From contig DASYMJ010000043.1 of NCBI GenBank assembly GCA_036009105.1, positions 25,658 to 89,657 on the forward strand: DNA of 64,000 bases, written 5' to 3'. This document shows positions 52,733 to 62,630 of the stretch, piece by piece. The DNA is from Thermoanaerobaculia bacterium. Lineage in GTDB: Bacteria; Acidobacteriota; Thermoanaerobaculia; Gp7-AA8. Numbering within the stretch: the stretch's first letter is position 1; each line of letters begins with the position of its first letter. The position numbers were made by a program, and so were the translations under genes. The notes beneath the pieces were generated by a model. That model worked only from the letters and a program-made list of their open reading frames with translations. It searched no databases and was not told where the DNA came from.

Positions 52733-54562
52733 ATGTGCGGCATCTACGGCATGGTCTCGGAGAGCGGCGTCGCTCTCGATCACCCGGAAGTTCTCGACTT
52801 CATGGGCGAGGCGCTGCGCCATCGCGGGCCGGACGGCCGCGCCGTGCTCACCCACCCGAACGCGGTGATCGGCACCGAGCGGCTGCGCATCATCGACCTG
52901 CACGAGCGCGCCGACCAGCCGTTCTCCGCCCCCGGTTCGCACGTCTGGCTGGAAGCGAACGGCGAGATCTACAACGCCCGCGAGCTCCGGGCCCGCTATC
53001 CCGACTACCCGTTCCGCTCGCAGTCGGACGTGGAGACGATCCTCCCGCTCTACCTCGAGCATGGCCCGAAGGCGGTGGCGATGCTGGACGGCATGTTCGG
53101 CCTGGCCATCTGGGACAACCGCACCAGCTCCCTGCTCCTCGCGCGCGACCGCGCCGGCGAGAAGCCGCTCTTCTACGCGCGCGCCGGCCACGAGCTGCTC
53201 TTCGCCTCCGAGCTGCAGTGCCTCCTGCGCCATCCCTCGATCGGCAAGCAGCTCGACGATGACGCCCTGGCCGACTACCTCCGCCTCGGCTACGTGACCG
53301 AGCCGCGCACCATGTTCCGGGCCATCCGCCGCATCGAGGCCGGCACGTACGTCCGCTTCACGGAGAACGGGCAGGAGGTGGTGCGCTATTGGGACCCGGC
53401 CGCGTTCGCGATCGAGAAGCGTTCGCCGGCCGAGGCGGTGGAGGAGACGCGGCGGCTGATCGAAAGGGCCGTGGAGAAGCAGGTGATGTCGGACGTGCCG
53501 GTCGGCGTCTTCATCAGCGGCGGCCTCGACTCCTCCATCCTCGCCACGCTGGCCTCGAAGACGATCGGCGTGGACAGGGTGCATACGTTCTCCGCGCAGT
53601 TCACCGAGGAGTCGTACGACGAGAGCGCCGATGCGGCGATCCTGGCCCAGCGGATGCGCACGCGCCACGTGCCGGTGCGCACGGACGAGAGAACGCTGCA
53701 CGAGGCGCTGCAGGCGGTGACGCGTGGCGTGGCCGAGCCGCTGGCCGATCCGGCCATCCTGCCCACGTTCCTGCTCGCCCGCACCGCGCGCGAGCACGTG
53801 AAGGTGATCCTGAGCGGCGAAGGCGCCGACGAGCTCTTCGGCGGCTACCCCACCTACCTCGGCCACAAGGTCGCGCCTCTGTACGACGCTTTGCCTTCCT
53901 TCGTACGCGCCGGTCTCCGCCGCGCCGTGCAAAGCGTGCCGGCCTCGGGGAAGAAGGTGACGCTGGAGTACCTGCTCAAGAAGTTCGTCTCCGATGCGGA
54001 GAAGCCGTGGCGCGAACGGCATCTGGCCTGGTTCGGCACCGGGCTGCCGGTCGACGTTTCGGCGCGACCGCTGTCGCAGCCCGCCCTGCAGACCGGCGGC
54101 GACGCGCTCACCGGCGCGATGCTCCTCGACTACCGCGGCTACCTGCGCGACAACCTCCTGGTGAAGGTCGACCGCGGAACCATGCTCTCCTCGGTCGAGG
54201 CCCGCGCGCCGTATCTCGATCGCGACGTCACCGCCTTCGCCCTCTCCCTCCCCCCCGACCTGCGCGTGCGGCGCCTGGAGACGAAGTGGGTGCTGAAGAA
54301 GGCGGCCGAGAAATGGCTGCCCCGCGACGTGATCTACCGCCGCAAGCGCGGCCTGAGCGTCCCCATCGCGACGTGGATCAACCACGGCCTTCGCGGGGAG
54401 GTCGATCGGCTGCTCGCCCCTGCCCGCATCGCGTCGCAGGGCCTGCTCGATCCGCGCGTCGTCAGCCGCCTGCTCGACGAGCACCGCGGCGGCCACGCCA
54501 ATCACGCCAAGCCTTTATGGGCGCTGGTGATGTTTCAGTACTGGCTGGAGCGCTGGGCCTGA
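52733..54562 (+). CDS. asnB: Asparagine synthase (glutamine-hydrolysing), AsnB family
   Basis: The N-terminal nucleophile is MCGIYG. The GATase II domain is followed by the PP-loop SGGLDSS. Confidence 0.9.
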   Translation: MCGIYGMVSESGVALDHPEVLDFMGEALRHRGPDGRAVLTHPNAVIGTERLRIIDLHERADQPFSAPGSHVWLEANGEIYNARELRARYPDYPFRSQSDVETILPLYLEHGPKAVAMLDGMFGLAIWDNRTSSLLLARDRAGEKPLFYARAGHELLFASELQCLLRHPSIGKQLDDDALADYLRLGYVTEPRTMFRAIRRIEAGTYVRFTENGQEVVRYWDPAAFAIEKRSPAEAVEETRRLIERAVEKQVMSDVPVGVFISGGLDSSILATLASKTIGVDRVHTFSAQFTEESYDESADAAILAQRMRTRHVPVRTDERTLHEALQAVTRGVAEPLADPAILPTFLLARTAREHVKVILSGEGADELFGGYPTYLGHKVAPLYDALPSFVRAGLRRAVQSVPASGKKVTLEYLLKKFVSDAEKPWRERHLAWFGTGLPVDVSARPLSQPALQTGGDALTGAMLLDYRGYLRDNLLVKVDRGTMLSSVEARAPYLDRDVTAFALSLPPDLRVRRLETKWVLKKAAEKWLPRDVIYRRKRGLSVPIATWINHGLRGEVDRLLAPARIASQGLLDPRVVSRLLDEHRGGHANHAKPLWALVMFQYWLERWA

Positions 54563-54569
54563 GGTGAAC

Positions 54570-54634
54570 GTGGGGCCGGCTCTCAGCCGGCCCAGCTATC
54601 CGTTGACGACGGGCCGGCTGAGAGCCGGCCCCAC
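54570..54634. repeat. Inverted pair of GGGCCGGCTCTCAGCCGGCCC hairpin units between convergent genes
   Basis: The sequence is GTGGGGCCGGCTCTCAGCCGGCCC-agctatccgttgacgac-GGGCCGGCTGAGAGCCGGCCCCAC. It has the same architecture as 1866-1931. Confidence 0.75.
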
Positions 54635-54637
54635 ATT

Positions 54638-55117
54638 TTAGTTCTCCGCCTGGGCATTGCCGCGATCCACCACCGGCACGTTCTGCTCGGCGAGGTCGCG
54701 GATCGTCTTGTCGGCGGGCGTATAGAGGCGCTGGGTCGCGTCGGCATCGAAACCGGTCACGCAGAGACGCACCAGGTTGCCCAGCTCGGCCACCTCGAAC
54801 GGCTTGCGCAGCACGCCGGCCACCATCATCGGATCGACCTGCTTGAATTTCTGGTCCGCGTAGGCCGTGATCACCAGCACCACCGGCTTGATGCGAGCGG
54901 GATGCTTCTTCATCCAGTCGATCACGCCGAAGCCGTCGATGCGCGGCATCATCAGATCGAGCATGACCACCGCGTATTCGTGCTCGCGCAGCTTCTCGAT
55001 CGCTTCCACGCCGTCAGAGACGCAGTCGATGTCGAGACGCTCGTGCCGTACGATCGTGCAGACCAGTTGGCGAATGGAGGGGTCGTCGTCCGCTACCAGT
55101 ACCCGTGTGCCGTTCAT
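54638..55117 (-). CDS. Stand-alone response-regulator receiver domain (CheY-like)
   Basis: The acidic pocket is VADDD. The phospho-acceptor is MLDLMMPRIDG, and the conserved T/K are ITAY...KP. Confidence 0.85.
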   Translation of the reverse strand: MNGTRVLVADDDPSIRQLVCTIVRHERLDIDCVSDGVEAIEKLREHEYAVVMLDLMMPRIDGFGVIDWMKKHPARIKPVVLVITAYADQKFKQVDPMMVAGVLRKPFEVAELGNLVRLCVTGFDADATQRLYTPADKTIRDLAEQNVPVVDRGNAQAEN

Positions 55118-55182
55118 GAGCGAAGGGTCAGTACGAAAAGTGTGCCAGTGAGGTGTAATGCAGGCGCCGGATCAACGTCTGC

Positions 55183-57297
<2,115 letters not shown>

Positions 57298-57305
57298 GGG
57301 GCCCC

Positions 57306-57473
57306 TTACGCCTCGTCGTCCTTGCGGCTCCGGGCCACCCGTTGCCGCAGCTCCTCGATCCGTTTGACGAGGCGGTCGGTCTCGCCGCTGGAGGTGTTCG
57401 TGCTCTCCAGCAGATCGTCAATGCTGCGTCGTTGACGTTTGACCTGTTCCAGAAATTCGTCGAGCTCGGCCAT
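57306..57473 (-). CDS. Small coiled-coil hypothetical protein
   Basis: About 55 aa (MAELDEFLEQVKRQRRSIDDLLESTNTSSGETDRLVKRIEELRQRVARSRKDDEA) with moderate GC3 bias. It sits between copA and the second receiver gene, and the start is uncertain. Confidence 0.3.
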   Translation of the reverse strand: MAELDEFLEQVKRQRRSIDDLLESTNTSSGETDRLVKRIEELRQRVARSRKDDEA

Positions 57474-57526
57474 CGCGTAAAAGTCCGAATTCTGGGGCAA
57501 AGCAAATCGTCTGCCTGATCCGTGAG

Positions 57527-57991
57527 GTGCGCGATTTGCAAGCAGCTCACGCAACTGTGACGGCTACCCCATCCATTCTGATCGTCGAGGACGATCCGGC
57601 CATCCGCTCCATGCTCCTGTCCGCCCTGCGCCGGGAGCCTCTGCACGTCGAGGCCGCCAGCGACGGCGTGGAGGTGCTGGAGAAAGCGCGGGAGGGCCAC
57701 TTCGCCGTCGTCATCGTCGACCTGATGATGCCGCGCATGGATGGCTTCACTTTCATCGAGGAGTTGCAGAAATTGCGCGGGGAGCCGCGCCCCATCGTCT
57801 TCGTCATGACCGCCTACGACGAGGCGATGCTGCGCCGCCTGGAGCCGGGCAGCGTCCACGCCTTCATCCGCAAGCCGTTCGACATCAGCATGTTCGTCGA
57901 CGTGATCCGCGACTGCGCGGACGCGGTGGCCGAGGTGGGCGAGCCGTATCTCCCGCCCCTCGGGATCGCCCGCGAAGACAACGTCTGCTAG
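57527..57991 (+). CDS. Stand-alone response-regulator receiver domain (CheY-like), paralogue of 54638-55117
   Basis: It has IVEDDPAIRSML, VVIVDLMMPRMDGF and TAY...RKPF. The receiver core is alignable with the upstream receiver gene across its whole length. Confidence 0.85.
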   Translation: MRDLQAAHATVTATPSILIVEDDPAIRSMLLSALRREPLHVEAASDGVEVLEKAREGHFAVVIVDLMMPRMDGFTFIEELQKLRGEPRPIVFVMTAYDEAMLRRLEPGSVHAFIRKPFDISMFVDVIRDCADAVAEVGEPYLPPLGIAREDNVC

Positions 57992-58308
57992 TCGGCGATC
58001 CGCGCCAGGTGCGCCACGTCCTCGCCCGCCACGAGCCAGAACTGGTTGCGCGCGCCGTCCACGCGCTGCTTGCGGAAGGGCGCGTACTCCGGGCTGTCGT
58101 AAAACGCGAACAGCGCCTCGCGCGACGGCCACTCGATGAGCAGAAAGATCTGCGGCCGCTGCCGCTCGCCCTCGATCACCTCCACGTGCGAGGTCCGGGC
58201 GAGGTACCGGCCGCCGGCGCGCTCGACCATCGCGGTCACGTTCTTGACGTACTCCGGCACCCAGCTCGGGTCGGTGATGTCCATTTCGGCTGCGCAGTAG
58301 TACTTCAT
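57988..58308 (-). CDS. DUF1330 domain protein
   Basis: 106 aa matching the DUF1330 pattern (MKYY...ITDP...YV...GGRYLAR...EVIEGE...IEWPS...AFYDSPEY). Confidence 0.7.
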   Translation of the reverse strand: MKYYCAAEMDITDPSWVPEYVKNVTAMVERAGGRYLARTSHVEVIEGERQRPQIFLLIEWPSREALFAFYDSPEYAPFRKQRVDGARNQFWLVAGEDVAHLARIAD

Positions 58309-58748
58309 GATTCGATCATCACCTCATTGATGCGGATCTCGTTCGTCAGCGTCTTGTACACCGGGCAGCGCCGCGCGATGTCGGTCAGCTTCGTCTTCTG
58401 CTCCGGCGTGAGGTTGCCGAGGAACTTCATCTTCACGTCGAAACGATGGATGTAGCCGCTGGTGGTGAGGCAGTCGGCGCAGTCCCTGGCGTACATCCGA
58501 TCGTTCAGGATGGTCACCTCGACGCCTTCCAGGGGGATGGAATCGCGTTTGGCGATGAAGTGCAGCGTCATCGCCGTGCAGGACCCGAGGGCGGCGGCGA
58601 GGAAGTCGTACGGGGTAGGGCCGCCCTCGCTGCCGCCCGCTGACGCCGGCTCGTCGGCGATCATCTTGAACGTTCCGGTGTCGATCTCCGTGCGGAAGCT
58701 GTTGCCGGCTCTGACGGTCACTGCGCCCATGGCGTCTTTTCCTTTCAT
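58305..58748 (-). CDS. OsmC/Ohr family peroxiredoxin-like protein
   Basis: OsmC fold motifs are GGSEGGPTPYDFLAAALGSCTAMTL and a second Cys segment (RRCPVYKTL). Confidence 0.8.
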   Translation of the reverse strand: MKGKDAMGAVTVRAGNSFRTEIDTGTFKMIADEPASAGGSEGGPTPYDFLAAALGSCTAMTLHFIAKRDSIPLEGVEVTILNDRMYARDCADCLTTSGYIHRFDVKMKFLGNLTPEQKTKLTDIARRCPVYKTLTNEIRINEVMIES

Positions 58749-58769
58749 CGATCATCATGGCACCCCTGC

Positions 58770-59429
58770 ATGACTGAAGAACAGGTCTTCTGGCTGGCCC
58801 TCGGCGGCTTCGCGCTGCTCTTCGCGCTCCTGATGATCTACGCCTCGAAGCGGTCGTCGAAGCGGCAGCAGATCTTCACCCGCATCGCGCAGGAGCTCGG
58901 GATCCAGGACGTCCGCCGCTCCTGGCTGGTCGGCGCCGGCGTGCGCGGCACCTGGAATGGCTACCCCGTCCGCCAGCAGCTCCTCGGCCGCTACAAAGGG
59001 GTCCCCGAGCGGCTGCTCACGACCGTCACCCTGCAGAGCCCGGGACGGATCATGATCACGCGCCGGGTCGGCAAGGTGCTGAGCAAGCCGATGACGCTCT
59101 TCGGCCCGAAGCTGGTGACGCCGATGACGCCCGCCGTCCAGGAGCGCTTCTGGGTGCGCAGCGATCAGCCCGCGTTCGTGGAGCGTTTCTTCGCCTCATC
59201 CGAGGCCGTGCCGCTGCTGGAGCAGAATCTGATCGAGCGCTTCGATCTGGTCGACCTCAACGCGCGGCGCCTCCTGGTCCGCCGCGCCACGGACGAGCGC
59301 CAGGTGCGCGCCAGGTACGGCATCGCCACCATCAACTTCAAGCGCGACATGCGCTACATCGAGACCATCGCCCGCGAGGAATGGGCGCTGGCCACGATGA
59401 TCATCCGCGAGCTGTCGCTGCGGCCGTGA
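58770..59429 (+). CDS. Hypothetical membrane-anchored protein
   Basis: There is an N-terminal TM helix (FWLALGGFALLFALLMIYA). The frame is GC3-rich. I recognise no known domain. Confidence 0.5.
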   Translation: MTEEQVFWLALGGFALLFALLMIYASKRSSKRQQIFTRIAQELGIQDVRRSWLVGAGVRGTWNGYPVRQQLLGRYKGVPERLLTTVTLQSPGRIMITRRVGKVLSKPMTLFGPKLVTPMTPAVQERFWVRSDQPAFVERFFASSEAVPLLEQNLIERFDLVDLNARRLLVRRATDERQVRARYGIATINFKRDMRYIETIAREEWALATMIIRELSLRP

Positions 59430-59480
59430 GCTTCGGCACCATCGGCGGCGGCTGGCGCGCCGGGCGGCGTTGATGCGCCC

Positions 59481-59993
59481 CTACCCCTCGTGTAGATCCA
59501 TCGGCAGCACGATGCCGATCAGCCACTTGCCCTTCCGCTGCGCCATCGGCACCCAGTACCACTGCGCGTCGCGGCCGGCCAGGGAGAGGCGGGCCAGCAC
59601 GCCCGCTTCCTGCGGCGCGAAGGGATTCACGAACGGCGCGGACAGCTGCAGCACCATCTCGTCGTGCGCGTCGGGATTCACGGCCGTGATGGGGCGCCAG
59701 CGGCATTGGTCGGTGACGCGCACCGGCAGCGGCTGTTGCAGCGCGCTCATCGACTGCGCCAGCGCGGAGGGGTTGCCGGCCCGGTTGTACATCGCGCCGA
59801 GGGCCTGCATGGAGCGGATGCTCACCAGCGGCTGCGTCGTCTGCACGATGGCGATCGTGGCGTCGCCGGAGATCGCCTCGCCGCGCAGGCGGCCGCACAT
59901 CGCATCGGTGACCACCGCCGGCACGTCGTCCCAGGTAGGCGGCTCGATGGGCGGCTTGGTCGCGCAGGCGGCGGCCAGCAGCAGGGAGATCAT
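59481..59993 (-). CDS. Hypothetical lipoprotein
   Basis: Start is placed at the internal ATG, giving the lipoprotein signal MISLLLAAACATKPP. I recognise no known domain. Confidence 0.5.
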   Translation of the reverse strand: MISLLLAAACATKPPIEPPTWDDVPAVVTDAMCGRLRGEAISGDATIAIVQTTQPLVSIRSMQALGAMYNRAGNPSALAQSMSALQQPLPVRVTDQCRWRPITAVNPDAHDEMVLQLSAPFVNPFAPQEAGVLARLSLAGRDAQWYWVPMAQRKGKWLIGIVLPMDLHEG

Positions 59994-60085
59994 CAACAAC
60001 ACGCCCCTCACCCCGGCCCTCTCCTCCCCGCCGCGCGGGAAGAGGGTGCTCGAAGAGCGGGCGAGGGGCATCATCAACACACGTT

Positions 60086-62524
60086 TCATACGAGCCTCAA
60101 TTGCGGCGTCGCCTTCGCTTCGAAGAACGCCTGGATCTCGCTGGCTGCCCTGCGCGAGACCAGCTCGCGCGGCGAATCCTCGTACCAGTCGGGGGGGAAG
60201 TATCGCGCATACATCTCCTGGGTGAAGCGCTTGCAGAAGAGCGCGATGATGCCGACGTCCGTCTCGCTGCGGATCACCCGGCCGGCCGACTGCACCACCC
60301 GCGTCATGCCCGGAATGAGGTAGGCGAACTCGAAGCCGGCCCCGTACTGCTCGTCGTAATACTGCTTGAGCAGCTCCTGCTCGAAGCTCACCTGCGGCAG
60401 CGCCGGCCCGATCACCATCACCCCGGACAGCATGTCTCCCTGGTAGTCGACCCCCTCCGCGTACATGCCGCCCGAGACGCCGAGGATCAGGTTGCCCCGC
60501 TCCGGCCGGTCGCGGAGGATGGTCAGGATGGCGTTGCGCTCGTAGTCCGTCATGTCGCTGCGCTGCGTCATCACGTTCTTGCGCAGCGGCGGCATGCGCT
60601 CCGCCACCTCGCGCAGGAACGCATAGCTGGGGAAGAGGGCCAGGAAGTTGCCGTCGTTCGCCTCCGCGATGTCCGCCACCGTGGTGGCGATGCGCTCGTA
60701 ATGACTCGCCCGATGCTTGTACGTCGTATCCACCTCGGAGACGATGACGATTTTCCGGTTCTCGCGGGGGAAGGGGGAGGGGAGGGAGAGCTCGGCGCAG
60801 CGGTCGTTGGGGATGCCGAGGGTCTTGCGGTAAAAGTCGAACGGCTCGAGCGTGGCGGAGAGGGCGATGGTGGCGTGCGCGGAGTCGAAGATCTTGCCCA
60901 GGAATCCCGAAGGGTCCTTGCAGAAGATCTTCAGCTTGTAGCCCTCATTCGTCTTCTCGATGAGGTGCGCCAGCGCCTCGGAGTCTTCGCCGAGGAGATT
61001 GGCGAACTTGACCAGCTTGAAGTAGAAGTCGATCAGCGGGTCGTCCTCTTCGGCGATCCGGTTGTCAATCTTCCACCCGATGTAGGCCAGGACGATGCGC
61101 TCCCACTCCACCCGCTGCTCCAGGAAGAGCTCCCGGCTCGGCTCGCACAGGGCCTGCTTCATGCCGTGCTCCTCGTCGAGGACTTGTCCCAGCTCGTGGA
61201 TGTGATCGCGGAGCAGCTCGAGCAGCTCTTCCCAGCCGTCGATCCAGCAGTTGCGGCCGTGCAGGTGGTTGCGGATCTGCTCGAACTGGGCCTCGGAAAT
61301 CTCCGGGGAGTAGTAGCCGCGTCCCCGCTCGACCAGGTTGTGCGCCTCGTCCACGACCAGTACACAATCGCCGTAGTCGTTCTCCTGCTGGTAGGCTTTG
61401 AGACCGACGTACGGATCGAAGATGTAGTTGTAGTCGCAGATGACGACGTCGGCCTGGTCGATCAGCTCCAGCGAGACCTCGAACGGGCAGACCTCCGTGG
61501 AGCGGGCCATCTCGAAGGTGATGTCGGGATCGAAGTAGCTCATCCCGGTGGCGATGCGGGAGAGCAACCCGCTCTTTTCCATCTTCTCGGAGTAGCGCGC
61601 CGCGAAGGGGCAGAAGTCCTCGTGGCAGATCATCTCCGTGTGGGCGCACATCTTCTGCTTGGCCCGGATGCGCAGCACGCGGAAGGAGCCGTCGTTGAGC
61701 ATGTTCAGCGCCTGGACGGCCGCTTCCTGCTGGAGCGTTTTTGAGGTGAGGACGAACAGCTTCTTGCCCAGCTTCAGCGACTGCTTCACCGCCGGATAGA
61801 GCACGGCGATGGTCTTGCCGATGCCGGTCGGCGCGGAGAGAAGCAGCGCCTCCTGCTGGTACACGGCCCGGGCCACGGCGCTGACGATGTCTTCCTGGTA
61901 CGGCCGCATCCGGTCGTACGGGAACTGCAGCTGATCGGCGAAGGCCCGCTTCGCCACGGCCAGCGCCTCGGCCGTCTCGATGCTGTCCACGAGCTTGGCC
62001 AGGCTGGCGTGCAGCGTGTCCAGGACCTTGTTGCGATCGAAGTCGGTGTCGATCAGCTTGGCCTCGCCGGAGACGAGGTCGATCAGGACCAGCTGGGGGA
62101 GGAACTCGAAACCGGCAAAGTCGGGCTGGTCGGAGAGGAAGAAGGCGTAGAGCAGCAGTTGATACAGATGCCGCTGCAATTTCTCCGACCTGTAGAGTGC
62201 CTCCAGCTCCAGGTCAAAATGGATGGATTTAACCTCTTCGATGGAAACGAGTTTCTTCTCCCGGTCGACGGAGAGCCCGTCGATGCGCCCGGTGACGGTG
62301 ATGGACCATCTGCCGAGCTGGGTCCGATGCACCACGTGCACCTCGGCCTTGTAGTGCGGATCCTCGGCCGCCCGCTCCTCGGCGCGCCTGGTGTGGATGT
62401 CCTGCCCGATCCACATCCGCCGGAACCCATCCCCCCGCTCCACCCCGATGCGGCGATACGTCGACTCATGAACGAGGTCGCCCACCGAGCAGACGATCTC
62501 CCGTTTCTGATGATCGACGCGCAT
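60086..62524 (-). CDS. XPD/DinG-family Fe-S DNA helicase with N-terminal PD-(D/E)xK nuclease-like domain
   Basis: The helicase core has SAPTGIGKT (Walker A), DEAH (VVDEAHNL), four Cys (CAHTEMICHEDFCPF...EVCPF) and the C-terminal motifs GVSGGMYAEGVDYQGD and QSAGRVIR. The N-terminal ~190 aa carry D...E-x-K (GRIDGLSVD...SIEEVKS). Confidence 0.8.
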   Translation of the reverse strand: MRVDHQKREIVCSVGDLVHESTYRRIGVERGDGFRRMWIGQDIHTRRAEERAAEDPHYKAEVHVVHRTQLGRWSITVTGRIDGLSVDREKKLVSIEEVKSIHFDLELEALYRSEKLQRHLYQLLLYAFFLSDQPDFAGFEFLPQLVLIDLVSGEAKLIDTDFDRNKVLDTLHASLAKLVDSIETAEALAVAKRAFADQLQFPYDRMRPYQEDIVSAVARAVYQQEALLLSAPTGIGKTIAVLYPAVKQSLKLGKKLFVLTSKTLQQEAAVQALNMLNDGSFRVLRIRAKQKMCAHTEMICHEDFCPFAARYSEKMEKSGLLSRIATGMSYFDPDITFEMARSTEVCPFEVSLELIDQADVVICDYNYIFDPYVGLKAYQQENDYGDCVLVVDEAHNLVERGRGYYSPEISEAQFEQIRNHLHGRNCWIDGWEELLELLRDHIHELGQVLDEEHGMKQALCEPSRELFLEQRVEWERIVLAYIGWKIDNRIAEEDDPLIDFYFKLVKFANLLGEDSEALAHLIEKTNEGYKLKIFCKDPSGFLGKIFDSAHATIALSATLEPFDFYRKTLGIPNDRCAELSLPSPFPRENRKIVIVSEVDTTYKHRASHYERIATTVADIAEANDGNFLALFPSYAFLREVAERMPPLRKNVMTQRSDMTDYERNAILTILRDRPERGNLILGVSGGMYAEGVDYQGDMLSGVMVIGPALPQVSFEQELLKQYYDEQYGAGFEFAYLIPGMTRVVQSAGRVIRSETDVGIIALFCKRFTQEMYARYFPPDWYEDSPRELVSRRAASEIQAFFEAKATPQLRLV

Positions 62525-62630
62525 GGGGGTTATTGTAACCGGGGGGCAGCGGGCGGCGCGCAGCGAGCAGGAGGATCACTGAGCGGCGAGCAGGCCGTCC
62601 TCCTGCTCGCCGCGCGCGGTACGCCGCTCG

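Noticed and set aside
1866-54634. Interpreting the GC-rich hairpin pairs as rho-independent terminators
   Set aside because: They sit between convergent genes but none is followed by a T-tract. I report them as REP-like repeats. Terminator function would need 3'-end mapping.
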